DNA of 64,000 nt, from NCBI RefSeq assembly GCF_009914755.1, contig NC_060932.1; one strand, 5' to 3'. The notes under the pieces were generated by a model. That model did no database searches. It was given only the letters and a program-made list of their open reading frames with translations, and was not told the DNA's origin. Source of the stretch: the human T2T-CHM13v2.0 reference genome, Homo sapiens. Made by a program: the position numbers and the translations under genes. How positions within the stretch are numbered: position 1 is the stretch's first letter; the number at the start of each line of letters is the position of its first letter. Positions 63,640 to 64,000 of this stretch are shown piece after piece.

Positions 63640-63872
63640 GAATAATAATGAATGGTAAAACCTAATCTCTATTGAGTGCCGATGATGCACTTTTAATGTG
63701 ACATCTTATTTAATCCTCACTATATCTGCAAGAGTAGAAGCTATTAATAGCCAATTTTCAGATAAGAAAGTCAAAGCACAGTTTCTATAACTTACCCAAG
63801 CAGCTAGCTAGGAGGCAGCTCAGTTTGAGCCCAGGGAATCTTATTCCAGAGATCATGTTCTCAATTACTAGA
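63640..63872. mobile_element. MIR
   Basis: ATTTAATCCTCAC..ATTTTCAGATAAGAAA..ACTTACCCAAG. Confidence 0.65.
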
Positions 63873-63939
63873 GCAGGTACCTCCCCAGAATCTAGCAGGT
63901 GGTTAACGAGTCTTTGTGGAATAAATGAACAGAAGGACA

Positions 63940-64000
63940 ACAGATGGATGGATACATAGGTGGATGGGTGGATAATGGGTGGGCGGGCAGGTGGATGAAT
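63940..64000. repeat. (GGAT/GGGT)n simple repeat
   Basis: direct. Confidence 0.7.

Overview
Primate (human-like) genomic DNA, almost entirely transposon-derived, with no supportable intact protein-coding gene. Main contents: (1) a minus-strand HERV-T/HERVS71 provirus (3918-11233; tRNA-Thr PBS, LTR6-type LTRs, deleted pro-RT and env core) carrying a dense G-to-A, APOBEC3-like hypermutation signature; (2) two inverted MER11 solo LTRs; (3) an old L1 (about 30150-42780) with a nested full-length THE1 element, several Alus, a 1-kb purine-pyrimidine microsatellite and a second antisense L1; (4) a 5'-truncated HERV-K(HML-2) remnant whose env core is replaced by foreign GA-rich DNA, followed by an LTR5; (5) processed pseudogenes of SNRPC, RPS3A and RPS24; (6) about 40 Alus plus L2, MIR, MLT, MER and MADE1 relics. 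From recall only, this combination resembles the OR7E/FAM86/ALG1L-associated segmental-duplication family. I found no convincing new biological system. The most notable signals are the hypermutated provirus, the CpG asymmetry between its LTRs, and several templated-insertion or repair scars. Repeat subfamily names are from recalled consensus sequences and coordinates were read by eye.
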